Assembly (NCBI RefSeq): GCF_964204645.1
Contig: NC_134027.1
Coordinates: 10,448,485 to 10,512,484 of the forward strand
Length of the DNA stretch: 64,000 nt
DNA from: Tubulanus polymorphus
Taxonomy: Eukaryota > Animalia > Nemertea
Direction: 5' to 3'
How positions within the stretch are numbered: position 1 is the first letter of the stretch; every line of letters begins with the position of its first letter. This document shows, in pieces, positions 41,120 to 52,900 of the stretch. The notes beneath the pieces were generated by a model, which made no database searches, was not told the origin of the DNA, and worked only from the letters and a program-made list of their open reading frames with translations. Position numbers and translations under genes: made by a program.

Positions 41120-41370
41120 AGCCGCGATCATACGAGCATTTTTGGCCCGGGCTAAATTTGGCCCGTGCCAAATTCGGGCCGATTGCATCTGGCACCGGGA
41201 ATGATCCACTACGCTTTGTTTGAGCATTGTTTAGTATCGAGTGAATGGTTTGCGTGTGAACGCGCTCTCTAATTAGGCACGGGCCAAATCTGGCCTGAGC
41301 CTGATCCGTGCCAATTTGTCCCTGGCCAAAACCAGCTATCACCAGATGGCGTCTCCGTGTGATCGCGGCT
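41120..41370 (-). mobile_element. MITE family D, inverted copy
   Basis: aaa|AGCCGCGATCATACG...CGTGTGATCGCGGCT|aaa: 3-bp flanking duplication. Confidence 0.82.
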
Positions 41371-41937
41371 AAAGTCCAACCCATCCTTTTTAATGCTACA
41401 GCTCACTTAACGCCAACTTTTTCAGAGAACAAATTTGCTCAATCCAACTCAAATTCAAGGAAATTATCGTTTTTTATATCGCCAAATTCGTATATATCTT
41501 CATTGGTCCTAACAGTGGCATTATAAATTACTTTTACTGTACAATCTTCATGTTTTCCCTCTGCGCAAAGTTTATAGAAACTACACAACTAAACATATAT
41601 ACGTACAGTATATAGATGGAAATAACTACGATTTCTTTGAAGAAATCCACATTAAGTTATATCCATGGGATTGAAGTGAATCTCCCGATACCGACGTATA
41701 AGCTCCTTGCTGTCAGATGACAAGATGCCTAATGGAATTTGGCTTTGCGCGCGAAGAACTAAAGCGATCGACTGCTTGTTAGCGAAATGGAAATATCTGA
41801 AAATGGGGCTTATTTCATGCCGATTGAGCATACGATAAAAATATATAAATCACTTCAACCCGATACCCCGTAATATTCAGAGTACGACACTCGAATAATT
41901 GCCGTGCGTGAAATATAGACTCACAGTCGTCTCAACC

Positions 41938-42250
41938 ACCGGAAGTGACGTGAACGTTCGCTATTGAGCTCGGCAACAATCGGAAGTCACGTGACGTTCT
42001 CGACGATACGGAATCGTCAATGATCGGAAGCGACGTTACATTTGCGCGAGGTTCTAGGTAGATCGGGGGCCCTGGATGCGATGAAAACACGAAACACTCC
42101 TGGGCAGGAAACTCCGGCGATATTTTGACGAGAAGTGTCTCGGCGATTTGTTTTACCGAAAAAGGAAACGTTAAGGGTTCTATGTCTCAGGCGCGGCGAT
42201 CGCTCGAAGGGCTTTTAAATCCGCGAAGTACGACGGAAGGCAGGAAGTCA
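41938..42250. promoter_or_regulatory. Cluster of ETS-binding motifs, several fused to CRE-half/E-box sites
   Basis: ACCGGAAGTGACG (41938), TCGGAAGTCACGTG (41980), TCGGAAGCGACG (42024), CGGAAGGCAGGAAGT (42234-42248). Confidence 0.5.
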
Positions 42251-43854
42251 GTGGAAATGAAGAGAGAGTACGAGATGAGATTTTAATTCCAGCTCGAGAG
42301 CGACTCTCGACGAAATGCGATTTTGAAAAAGATTTAGTACGCCGATAAAACGGGCACGTGCTTGAAATATATGTTACACGCACCTAATGTTACGCGTGAG
42401 AAAATATCTGCGCAAAAAAAATATAAGCATCCTTATTTTTCTTCATTTTTCTTCTCTGTAACCAAAAAAATGCCAAAGATCGTATTCATATATTATCCAT
42501 ATTGTCCATAAAACCGTTAGTGTCTATACAAACAGTCGTATTGCTGATTTCTGATACACAATAAATAAAAAGTAGTTTCTACCGCATCGATCGGGCTTTA
42601 TCCCGGTTAAAGTTAACTATAATACGTAGGTGAGCGGCGTATTAATTTCCATCCGGGTATTACCTATCCATTTCCGTCGTCTGCTACTGATCAAAGATGC
42701 ATTAGGCTGGCAGTAAGATGAGCTCGTAACAAGCCTCGATAAACTGGTCTGTATTCCTAATGTCTTTTAATGTCACTTGTAAAAAGCTATTACCATTAGC
42801 TTGTTTTAACGCTGCGCCGTGGACACTTGTAACGAGATCACGTTACCGAAGAACGTGTTTACCGAACACTCGCCGGTTCTGGTCCTCGTTTTACGGCGCA
42901 GTGTTTTAACACGACCGATCAGCGCTATAAATCGGCCAATTTTGGTTTTTTGCCTAAAACTGGGCCGACATTCGTCGTATAGCGTAAACGCCAGTACGAC
43001 GTACGGTATTCCCTTCAAAAACTTCCCGTGAAATTCGCTGTCAGATTTTTGGCCTGCACTTGCTAAGAAATGTGCCACGATGGAAGATTATTACTGAGAA
43101 AAATAAGAGCTCGTGCGAGCAGTTCATTTTTATAATCACCTCACACACTAGATGGTTCAACAAAAAGACATGTTACGTATATGTGGTCCTTGTTCGCATC
43201 TTTTTCAATGTATGATATCGCTTGACGATACGGCTGGTCGCGGCTTGCTTTGTTCCTTCGCTCAATAATAGCCATGGTGCACCCTTCCTTATTGCGGTAT
43301 TGGTAAACATACTATATGAAGCCTAAGCCGGAGCTTCGGCGAGGCTAAGACAACATCCTACTTCCTTGATACGGTTCCGTGGCATCTTTTATCTGGTTCG
43401 ACGTCTGGCGACTCGGAAATGTGACTTTCTCCACGGTTCGATATGTTTTCCTTCCACCGATGACCGGCTATTCATCTCCGCAAGGCGCGCGGCCAATTTT
43501 CCCCCGTCGAACGAGTCGGTAATTATTACCTAATCATCGATATCTTTTTACAGTATGAGCAAACATTAGACGCTACACGCCAGTCAGGAAGTGCTTCTTC
43601 ATCAAAGGCAAAATACGGAAATAATCCTTGCTGCTTGGCTCCTTTGATCCGAAAAATATCCGCGGCCGTTCTCGGCGGGTCGATGCCTCGGCGCAACGGT
43701 TTTGCGAAAGACCGAATCGATTGGACTTGTGCAAAGAAACACCACCATAGCTATGACGTTATTTCGTAATACACGCCAAGCGATTTCTTGCTTCGTGGAG
43801 TTATAGTGGACAAAAATTAATTATCACTATTCATTTTCTAATTCGCTATTTTAT

Positions 43855-44085
43855 CTTAAGATATGGATTGAGCCTGTTATTTATTTGATTTGTTTTGATT
43901 TGGTGTCCCTTACAAAGCCACCCCACCTTACAGAATCGAAGCAGGCGGTTCGATTTTGATATCGGAAATCGAAGTACGGATATAGTTGTGCGATCGGCGG
44001 TCGAATCTACAGAATCGAATTCTTTTTAACCGAAGTACATAATTGGAAATTTCGGTTCCGGTTCATTGAAACGATCTTCCGAACA
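43855..44085 (-). mobile_element. Repeat family C copy
   Basis: TTGGTGTCCCTTACAAA...TCGGAAATCGAAGTAC...AATTGGAAATTTCGGTTCCGGTTC. Confidence 0.85.
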
Positions 44086-44619
44086 GCCCAATTTGCTTTT
44101 AAGACTTGCCACAGGAAATACATACCTATATATCATACGATCAGGTTTCAGAATTAAAACATTCATTACTGTTCATTGATTCATTGATGCGCATTATATT
44201 CTATTATTTCTGCCTTTTTAATGCCGTTCAATATCAAGATGTTTTATTCATTTGTCTCGAAATAATGCGCTCGAATTCCGATCGCGCCATTTCGCGCCAC
44301 ATTAATCCCAACGTACACTCATTAATATGGAATTAGGCCTATTTTCGGAACGGGATTATCGTCGAAATTATTCAATTCCGACAACGGGACGACAATGACG
44401 GTGTTTGTTTTACGCCTGAACTGCAAACAAATCTTCGCCAAATTCGAACAATAGCTCGGATGATAGAACTTCGTAAACTGAGAGCGTATTGTTGACCGGG
44501 GAGTTTTGTTAGTCTCAGTCAAATAGTATCGGCATCACTACTACGAAGACAATGATAGCAAGGCTCATTCCGATTTATCAGTTAATCTAAGGAAAAGTCG
44601 AGTTGATAGCTACAAATGT

Positions 44620-44932
44620 GAAACCCGCAAAACCAGCTATCACGCCAAATGGCGTGACGAGCAGTAGGTCGCCCGCTGTCAAAATTCATTTTCAATGAAT
44701 TTTTAACCGGATTTTTAGACTCCCGAATCCATATATTATAACAGAACCCACCAAATAAACAATACTATTCTTCTACTCGGATATCGGTATTGTTTTCATA
44801 AATGATTGATTCATTTAAGAGAAAAGTTCATTCAGATTTAATTGAAATGTAAAAGAAATCGAACGCGGATGACCAACTATCTACTAGTGAACCTGGCGGA
44901 TCCTCGCCTGCCATCCTCGATTGCCACAGTAG
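44620..44932 (+). mobile_element. Repeat family G, copy 2
   Basis: Colinear with 19420-19800. Confidence 0.8.
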
Positions 44933-47900
44933 CACTACGGGTACCCCATTGGACTAAAAAACCCAGTGTCACTGCCGAAGGCTACAGAAATGAACTGATT
45001 ACAAAATTCATTGCGATTAATAAAATGACTCGGCCGATTGAGAAGCAAGGTATCATTTTTCAACCGTAAAGATATTTTCCAGAATATTCGGACGATTTTA
45101 AACATTTTATTCAACACACCACTTTGGCAGCAAACTAGCATCCGCCATCAAGTGACGTGAGATGAATGAATAGCTCAAATCATCTTCGAAGCAATTGCAT
45201 TCGTGCATTAATCATAGAAAATCATGTTTTTTGTCAAGCTAATGATCTCACTACGCATTAAATAATACACTCTTAACAAAATACTGCGCGTAGTAAGCTA
45301 CTTAGTGATATGGTCAGTTGCGAAGCCTTCAGTTCAATCGAGTGGACATTATGATAATTCTTCGTTGTTGTCTGTAATGAACTGAAAGTGCCCCCCCTGA
45401 GTGGTCATCGCGACGGCCATAGCCGTTGGCAAAACGCGTTTTCGAGAGAGAGTTCAGCGATCTTCATTGAAGAGTAAATCACCGTTATAAATCTCCGATG
45501 GTCACTCGTGACAATCAAGGGTCTCTTACGGCCGCACCTAGTTCTGCGTCGTCGCGTAGCCGTGAAAACTCTACCCTTTGTCCGGGCCTCGTTGGCCGCT
45601 TGCATCCTATAATATAAACTAAATGACCATTTTAGAGAGGGACGTGATTCGGTAGCGGACAAAAGCCACCCGGGGAGTGGTTGCCGTTCCGAAATGAACT
45701 GGACGTCCACACGCACGCGGCCCTTCTCGCCACGCGCCATTTATTATGCGTATTGGTCAGTGCCGGGCGTTGGTCGAGTTAATTTATTCATTCAATTTTA
45801 GCAGACGAGCATTATTTGAATCGGTGTAAATTTTAGCATCAGGAGCTACTTTTAAGACGGACGCCTGCAGTGTATATTAGGGTTACCCATTGACATCTCA
45901 CGCAGTTCGCTCAGAAAGCATCAATTAAAAATTCAGATTACCACAACGAATATGTTAAGATTTACATCACCAAAACAACACGCGCAAATAAATAAAATCA
46001 ACGTAATGTTCTGACTTTGATGATGACGTGTTTGATGACTTTATTTCCCATTTATAAGGAACACATTCTTTTTTAAATTGTTTGTCTTTTCCCATTTGTT
46101 TTGTGCATTTTGAAATATTCGGACCAATGAACTCCAAAATAAACTAATAAACTGTCAAATATAATCGACGAAACGCAGAAAAAATATTGTTTCAATGCTT
46201 TTTTGCAATCATTTATTTCTATACAATGAGAGCTTACTAAAAAACAACGGTGAACTGATGGCATACCAGCTTATTTTCACTGGTAAATTTGCGTTTAATG
46301 TTTTATCTTAACAGTTTGCATCTAACTCATGAAATAAATCTCCGGTAAGATTGAAATAGTCCTCAAGAATATAATGGAATTCATCACTGATGTGTCGGCT
46401 AGAGGCATCGACCACCTTAAAATCGGATTTTTCAAATTTCTACCTTGATCAATCATATATTTTCGATCTTTATTCTTCTTGATAGATTCTATGAAAAAAT
46501 GGCTGGAATTTGTGTTGCGCTGTCATTATTGAATAAGGGTTATATGACCAAAATGAAATAGAACCCACAGAGAAAACGGCATTCTAAGTTCATATGTATT
46601 CGACAGAGCACAATCTCGACGCGTTCTATATACTAAAACGACCATCAATCAGAACAAATACATCATTTTACCGATAGTACCGCGCGCTGCCTTGATTTCC
46701 CAATGCCGTATATGATGATACTAATCCGACGATAGTTTAGTCGAAATGAAAAGCGAACGGCGAGTCCCGGTTTGTGCCGCGCAGAATACACAGCAGTAAG
46801 TGTCGCATCTCCAGATTATTCATTACAGAACCATCAATCAACCATTGAATAGCGCTAAACAACTGTAAGCCTCACTTATCATTACCACTTTAATGGAAAT
46901 CGCCTACTAAAATTCATGAGCTCCGCGTCCAGGCTTATCTTGTAACAAATATAAATTTTCCGCGAGGAAACCTCTCATTCAGGCAACGTTTCCTGCCACC
47001 TAACGTCGTCTCATTAATGCCCCCGAAGCTGATAACGTCAAACAAATCTAGCATTAATTCCTGTTCATTTTCTTCCCAACGTCGGATATGATCTCAAAAT
47101 GGTTCGTTTCTTCGTAGATAGTCTCTCCGACGTCGGCTAGTCAGATCGCTGCCAGGTCGTCGGCAGAATATTCAACTTGAATGCTCGGGATTTTACGTGC
47201 CGTGTAAAGAATACATATAGTGATCATTGTTTTGCGATTGAGAATGAACAACAGACATAGGCTTTTTAGTTTCTGACATATTTTTGTCTTAGATGTGCGT
47301 CAGAAATTGATTTTTTGGCAGGCGACGAAAATCGTCCACGTGAATATATGTTTATATCGACACTTGTAGTATATAAATGCAAAGCCTTAGTTGGGAACAT
47401 ATAAACTTTACAAAATTAGATTTCTCCCTGAACCACACTCGAAACAAATATCCCGAAAGCGCCACTTTTTAATTTCTAGTGCTGTTCCATTGCGGCGTTC
47501 TCCCCTTGAAATTGAAGTGGGTCGACACCGTTGATGTGTAATGATACCGAAACATGTTTCCGAGCGTTTACGAGAAACGAGAAACGTGGTTGCGGGAAAT
47601 AATGTTTCTGATATCAAACATGTTTGATTCCATGTTTTTGTGTATTCGGGTTTCCCTGCGTCGTGCGCGTTGGACTTATTAGCATATACCAAAGGCTGTT
47701 TTTATGGCGGGCGATAACCACCAAAAGATAGTGAAAAGATGATGTCGAGAACCAACAAAACTTATTCAGAGTGCTGTGACTTAGGGCTTTGTGCTATGAA
47801 TTAAAAGATGTGCTCGCCACCTTTCGAGTTTTTGTCTTACTGAGGGTTTGTTTAGCACATTCAGTTGACCTAAACGACGCAGCCCACATTTTATTTACAT

Positions 47901-48118
47901 TTAAATATTTCTTAAAGCTGTTTGGTAAAGTAAAGATTTGAAGCAACACATCTCTTCTAATCGAGAAATCAATGAATATTTGTTTTCTGTGACCAAGGTG
48001 CGGGTCTTTTTTAGAACCACTGAACGGGTAGTATTGCAGTTTGTACGTATCTAGTTTAAGTAAACTAACCAACTAGTATTCCTGAAATTAGTCCGAGGAA
48101 TTTCGTGGGTCAGGGAGA

Positions 48119-48155
48119 CCTTGGAGTAATCATTTAACAAGTGATTTCTCCAAGG
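48119..48155. mobile_element. Palindromic micro-element CCTTGGAGTAATCA...TGATTWCTCCAAGG (other copies 56359-56399, 56990-57030)
   Basis: 14-bp inverted arms; flanks ggaga / ggaaa. Confidence 0.7.
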
Positions 48156-48717
48156 GGAAACTCAATGACGACGAAAGGAATTCATTGCGGCCAACAGCAG
48201 TGCATCGGGTAGTATATCGGTATACTTGCCTTACATTGTTGGCTTAATTTAACATTGTTGTGATTTTTACTCATTTTACTTGTAGCATTAATCATAACCG
48301 CACGTGAATCGCCTGATAAAATTCATCAGTAACATATTCTACTGAGTCGAGTAGCATCTCTATTTTCCAATTTCGTCGTATTTCATCAAATTATATTTGA
48401 TCCGATATTTCAGCTGCTAGCCCTTGGTGAATGTGATACAGTCGTTTCTTCCATGACGATGAGGTTTCCTCGTAATATCATAACGCCTACTATTGTCATT
48501 GTTTTCTTTCTGCCGCTTGATGACATCTATTTATCCAGGAAAGTTAAGATTTTGCGAGCGTAACGTCAAATCAGACACGGGAGTGTATACCTAATACATA
48601 AGCTAAGAATTTGTCTTAGCTGTTAAACATCGTATTATGACATCCAAATTGTAGAAGCCATCATCACATTATTATTATTATTTATATGACTAGTAATTGT
48701 TAGAACTGTTGCGGTTA

Positions 48718-48940
48718 GATTTTGATTTGGTGTCCCTTACGAACCCCACCACACCTGCCGAGAAAGAAACAGGGGGCTTGGTTTGGAAATCGGAAATCGA
48801 AGTACAAAATGTAGTTGAGTTGTCGTCGGTCGAGGTTACATCATTTTTTTTCAAAATCGAAGTACATAATTGGAAATGTGAGTTCCAGTTCCTTGGAATA
48901 ATCATCCATCCAACATGAACCGGCAAGCGACTGATGGGGG
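48718..48940 (-). mobile_element. Repeat family C copy
   Basis: Same blocks, ending AACCGGCAAGCGACTGATGGGG. Confidence 0.8.
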
Positions 48941-49736
48941 ATTATTTTGTTTGCAGCCTAATCAATACATCAAGATTTGGAAATAACTTTAATGGGGCTA
49001 AGATCGGTAATGTTCATTTTTGTATTTTTTTAAGTCGTTTTCTTAGCGATGTCATTTTTGACACTGTTTTTTATAAGGAAACACTGATGCATTCTCAGTG
49101 TAGAATATATCGAACGATCTTACAATGAATAATATTACATCTATCAATCTCAATCCCACCATCAGAGTAACAGTAAGGTAATGAGCGTTTTACTATGTAC
49201 AGTGTTTTATGTGTAATATTATATTTCCCGATAAGAATCGTGACATCGTTACAAAGTCTGCGTTATCTTTATCTCTATATTGAAACAATGGGCGTGCTAA
49301 CTAAAAATCTTCGCCAATGTTTAAGTAACATATATAAAACCAGTTTGAATAATTGATGTCATGTGAGTGAGTTGTCTCATATATAGAAAACAAACCGACA
49401 TATATGTATATCAGTAAACGCGCTTCGCTATTGATTATCAAAACCATCGCTATGGCAGGTACAAGTGCTATCACGTGACTTATATTTGAGAGCACTCTGA
49501 TCTCGTTTTTCCATTTATTTAGTAACACTAATAAAAACTTTTCGACTATATACGTCGCGGCAGTATACAACTGTCAACTGTCGGATAGCGTAGGACTGAG
49601 TCTTTCCTTAGTAATTCAATCAATATTTGTGATATCCATCGAGGTTTCAAATAGATCGGAACTTAACGGAAAACCACGGACTATATCTGGTTCGAACGTT
49701 CCAGTCAAATAGGAAAGAGAAACATAAAGGGTATAA

Positions 49737-49922
49737 ATGTCTCGGAACATGATGCACTTCCAAGGGTACCTCGCCGCCCTTTCAGTGGTATCGATTATTC
49801 TTCAAACGCAACAAGTGAACGGACAGTTAACGCAAAACTTGCAAGACTATATAGTCACAACTCACAACCAGAAACGGGCGACTGAAGTTACAGCCGACAC
49901 GGCTTCGAATATATATGAATTG
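49737..49922 (+). CDS. CAP-receptor exon 1: signal peptide and start of CAP domain
   Basis: MSRNMMHFQGYLAALSVVSIILQTQQVNG/QLTQNLQDYIVTTHNQKRATEVTADTASNIYEL, then donor gtgagt. Fits the CAP N-terminal HN..R...A.NM..L pattern. Confidence 0.9.
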
Positions 49923-52900
49923 GTGAGTAACAAAAACTCGCAGACGAGACAAAAAATTGGATCATTAAGATAAGATTAAAGGAGTAAAAATCGCTCTATT
50001 TTTTCCGATTACCTTTATTAACACAGCGGGTATAGTCATTTAGTGCTGTAATCACCATAGTTTATTTTCTTATCTCGGTATCGATGCTTTTAGTGCTCTG
50101 CGAAAGCAAGTTACCCCGATTCGGTATGACAATTACGAGAGTTGAGTAAAAAGATGCAGAGAAATAGTGCTCGTGCGTAAATATTATTTGTACAGGAACG
50201 TGATCATTTGTCCAACTCAATATTGCGAAGGAAATATCTAAAAGTTTACCAATTTTTTCAAATTATTTCAAACACATGGCGCGCTAACCACTTATATTTC
50301 CATTCGCTTGAAAACTGAATTAATAATGAATTTTGTACGTACTCGTTTCGAAATTCGTCGCTTTTGAAACGGATTATAAAACGCTTTGCTCGTTATTATA
50401 TTATTCATATACGCATGTTTTTACATAGAATGCATCAATTATTTCCAACCAAAAGACTTAAAACGTTAAATACACTATTACGTGTATAGGTGGTTTTTCG
50501 AAAAATGCAAAAAGAACCACGTTGACTCAAACAACCGAAATCTCTCTGAATTTTCATACCATGGTCGTTACCTGAATAGAGTGTCAAAGCGAATTATATT
50601 TAACTGAAGTAGTTATTTGGTAATATATGTATACATTAAAGTTCTAATTCAATGGTACTTACTAGCGCATTATGTAATTTCGCAGCCGAGTAGGCGTTGA
50701 AGGTATATACTATTTCATTTCATTTGAGTCCCTTCCCCACGCTACCTGAATTTTTCACAAGCAATGGGCCCTATACATATGTTTGAATTCCCCGATAACA
50801 AACACACAATTATGCCAGATAATTCAATAGGCCTTTGAATCCGAAATCGGTGAAAATTTGTAAAATTGCCCAAAGCTCTAATAGACTTGACAGGAATAAG
50901 AAAATTTCGTAGTTCCTTTACTTGAATACATTGGATGGAGGGAATGCTGCAAAGATACTATCTCTGTGAGATTGAGAGGGCGGAAAGATAGTAATACAAC
51001 CTGTCGGACAAAAAACACAATTTTTCTGATGTTTTCGACCCTGAGACAATTGTTAGCCAGTGCATTGCCTGCTCTGGGGCTCTGAAATACCATACCATTC
51101 CATGGAAATCGGATCTGTCGCATACACAAATACTGATTTCCAACAAAATTATACCGAATATTCTAGGTTAAGCATCTTTTTCAAAACAACCTTAACTATC
51201 GTTCAGCATTCTTGATAGCCTTTAGATTTTCACCAGTCATTTTTAAAGTAATTTTGGAGTGTTGTAGTTTTGTTAGTATTGCAGAAATATCTTTTGTCAG
51301 CGATGTTGAATCGCCCCAAATTCACTGCGTCAAATTATCGTTCAGTGCCTTCAATTATTTACAGTTTGTTTGGGTTACATACGCGCTTCACACTTCAGAC
51401 AATCTCTCAGCAATGTCCAATGTTTCGCACTTAAATGATTGTTGGAATAGCTTTTTAGAATATTTCTAAGGAAAGAAAAATGTAATATAATGCTTTCCGT
51501 TACCCATATGGGTCACCCAGGTAGATTTTATTGAATTTCATGAATTCCTAAGGATGTTTATTTATTCTCTCGTATTTTATACGATGAAAATCAATACTTT
51601 AATCTTTACCGCATTCATGGGCTACGCGGTTCTTTAAAATTAACGAAATGATGTGATGTGTTTGGGCTAAATCTCAAAACGGCAGCTTCGTAACCATGGT
51701 GAGCAACGTCAAAACAACATGCGAAATAAAACCAATGCCGGATAATTGGTTAGTTTTTAATATTGTTATCGGAAAAATGTCAATAGACGTCATACCCGAT
51801 GTTATATAGTCTATGCATTTTTCAAGGTGTTGTACGTTTCAAATATGTATGATTCTGCGAAATGCGTAAACATGGTGAAAATGAATTTGCATAACGACTA
51901 GACCTTGTAGGTTAACATAAAAACGAATTCCGGAGTGGTGGTTTGCCATTGTTTTCAAAATGAATAGTCAACGATGAAATTCTACATAAGAACGTCGAGG
52001 GGGGATGTCGCTTTACTTCGAATACTCAGATACGAACTTAAAAAATAGAGTTTAGGCTAAACAAACATGATACCTTGTTTCTACCAATCGGCCGGGTCAC
52101 TTTGTAGAATGCGATATAATTTGTAATCAGTACAGTTCCACAGTTCCGAATCAAGATTTTACTCTGAGTTAACTCATAGAAAATGAACGGACTTTAACCC
52201 AGAGTTGACTATAACTCACGACTGTGGAACTGGGGTCCAGTTCGTTTCCATAGCTGCCGGGTGTGTTATGGTAAAATTGATCATGATTTAAAAAAGTAAT
52301 GTACAGGGTAGATAGGCTGCCGGCCGGGGAACTTTTAAGCTAATCATGAGAAACGAGGTATCAATTATTTTAACCTTATATACGTACGTCCCTGTTCAGA
52401 TCATAGGGCGTATGCATGAGCATAACCTAGGAATTGCGTGGATGAATCAGTTCATAATCATAATTTGACGTCAGTGATTTTAACTCTCTGGCTTGTGGAA
52501 TATGCGGTTTTTGTTTACTTTCCCACCGGTTAACGCGTTTATGAATGCTACGAAATTGCCCTCGCAAATTCAACGAATGAACTTTGTGTAGAAATGCTTT
52601 TTTCTGATCATATATGCGCTCTACTCAAATTGAAAAAAACAAACATATTGCAAACAACCTTTAAGATCCATTACTCACGACTAGCAAATACCCAGCCACA
52701 GTATGGGTGGAAATTTCTAGAATGCAGTAACGTCACTCAATGTACAAACATTTTATTTCGTGGATTTTTCATTGAACGCTGAAAATTGTTAGGATATTCG
52801 ACCAATATTCCTGGTCACGTACTGCCAAAGGTTGTAGGAAAAAATGCCACCGGAAAAGGCAGTTATGAACTAAACAAGTTTCAAGCAGAGATGGGGTATT

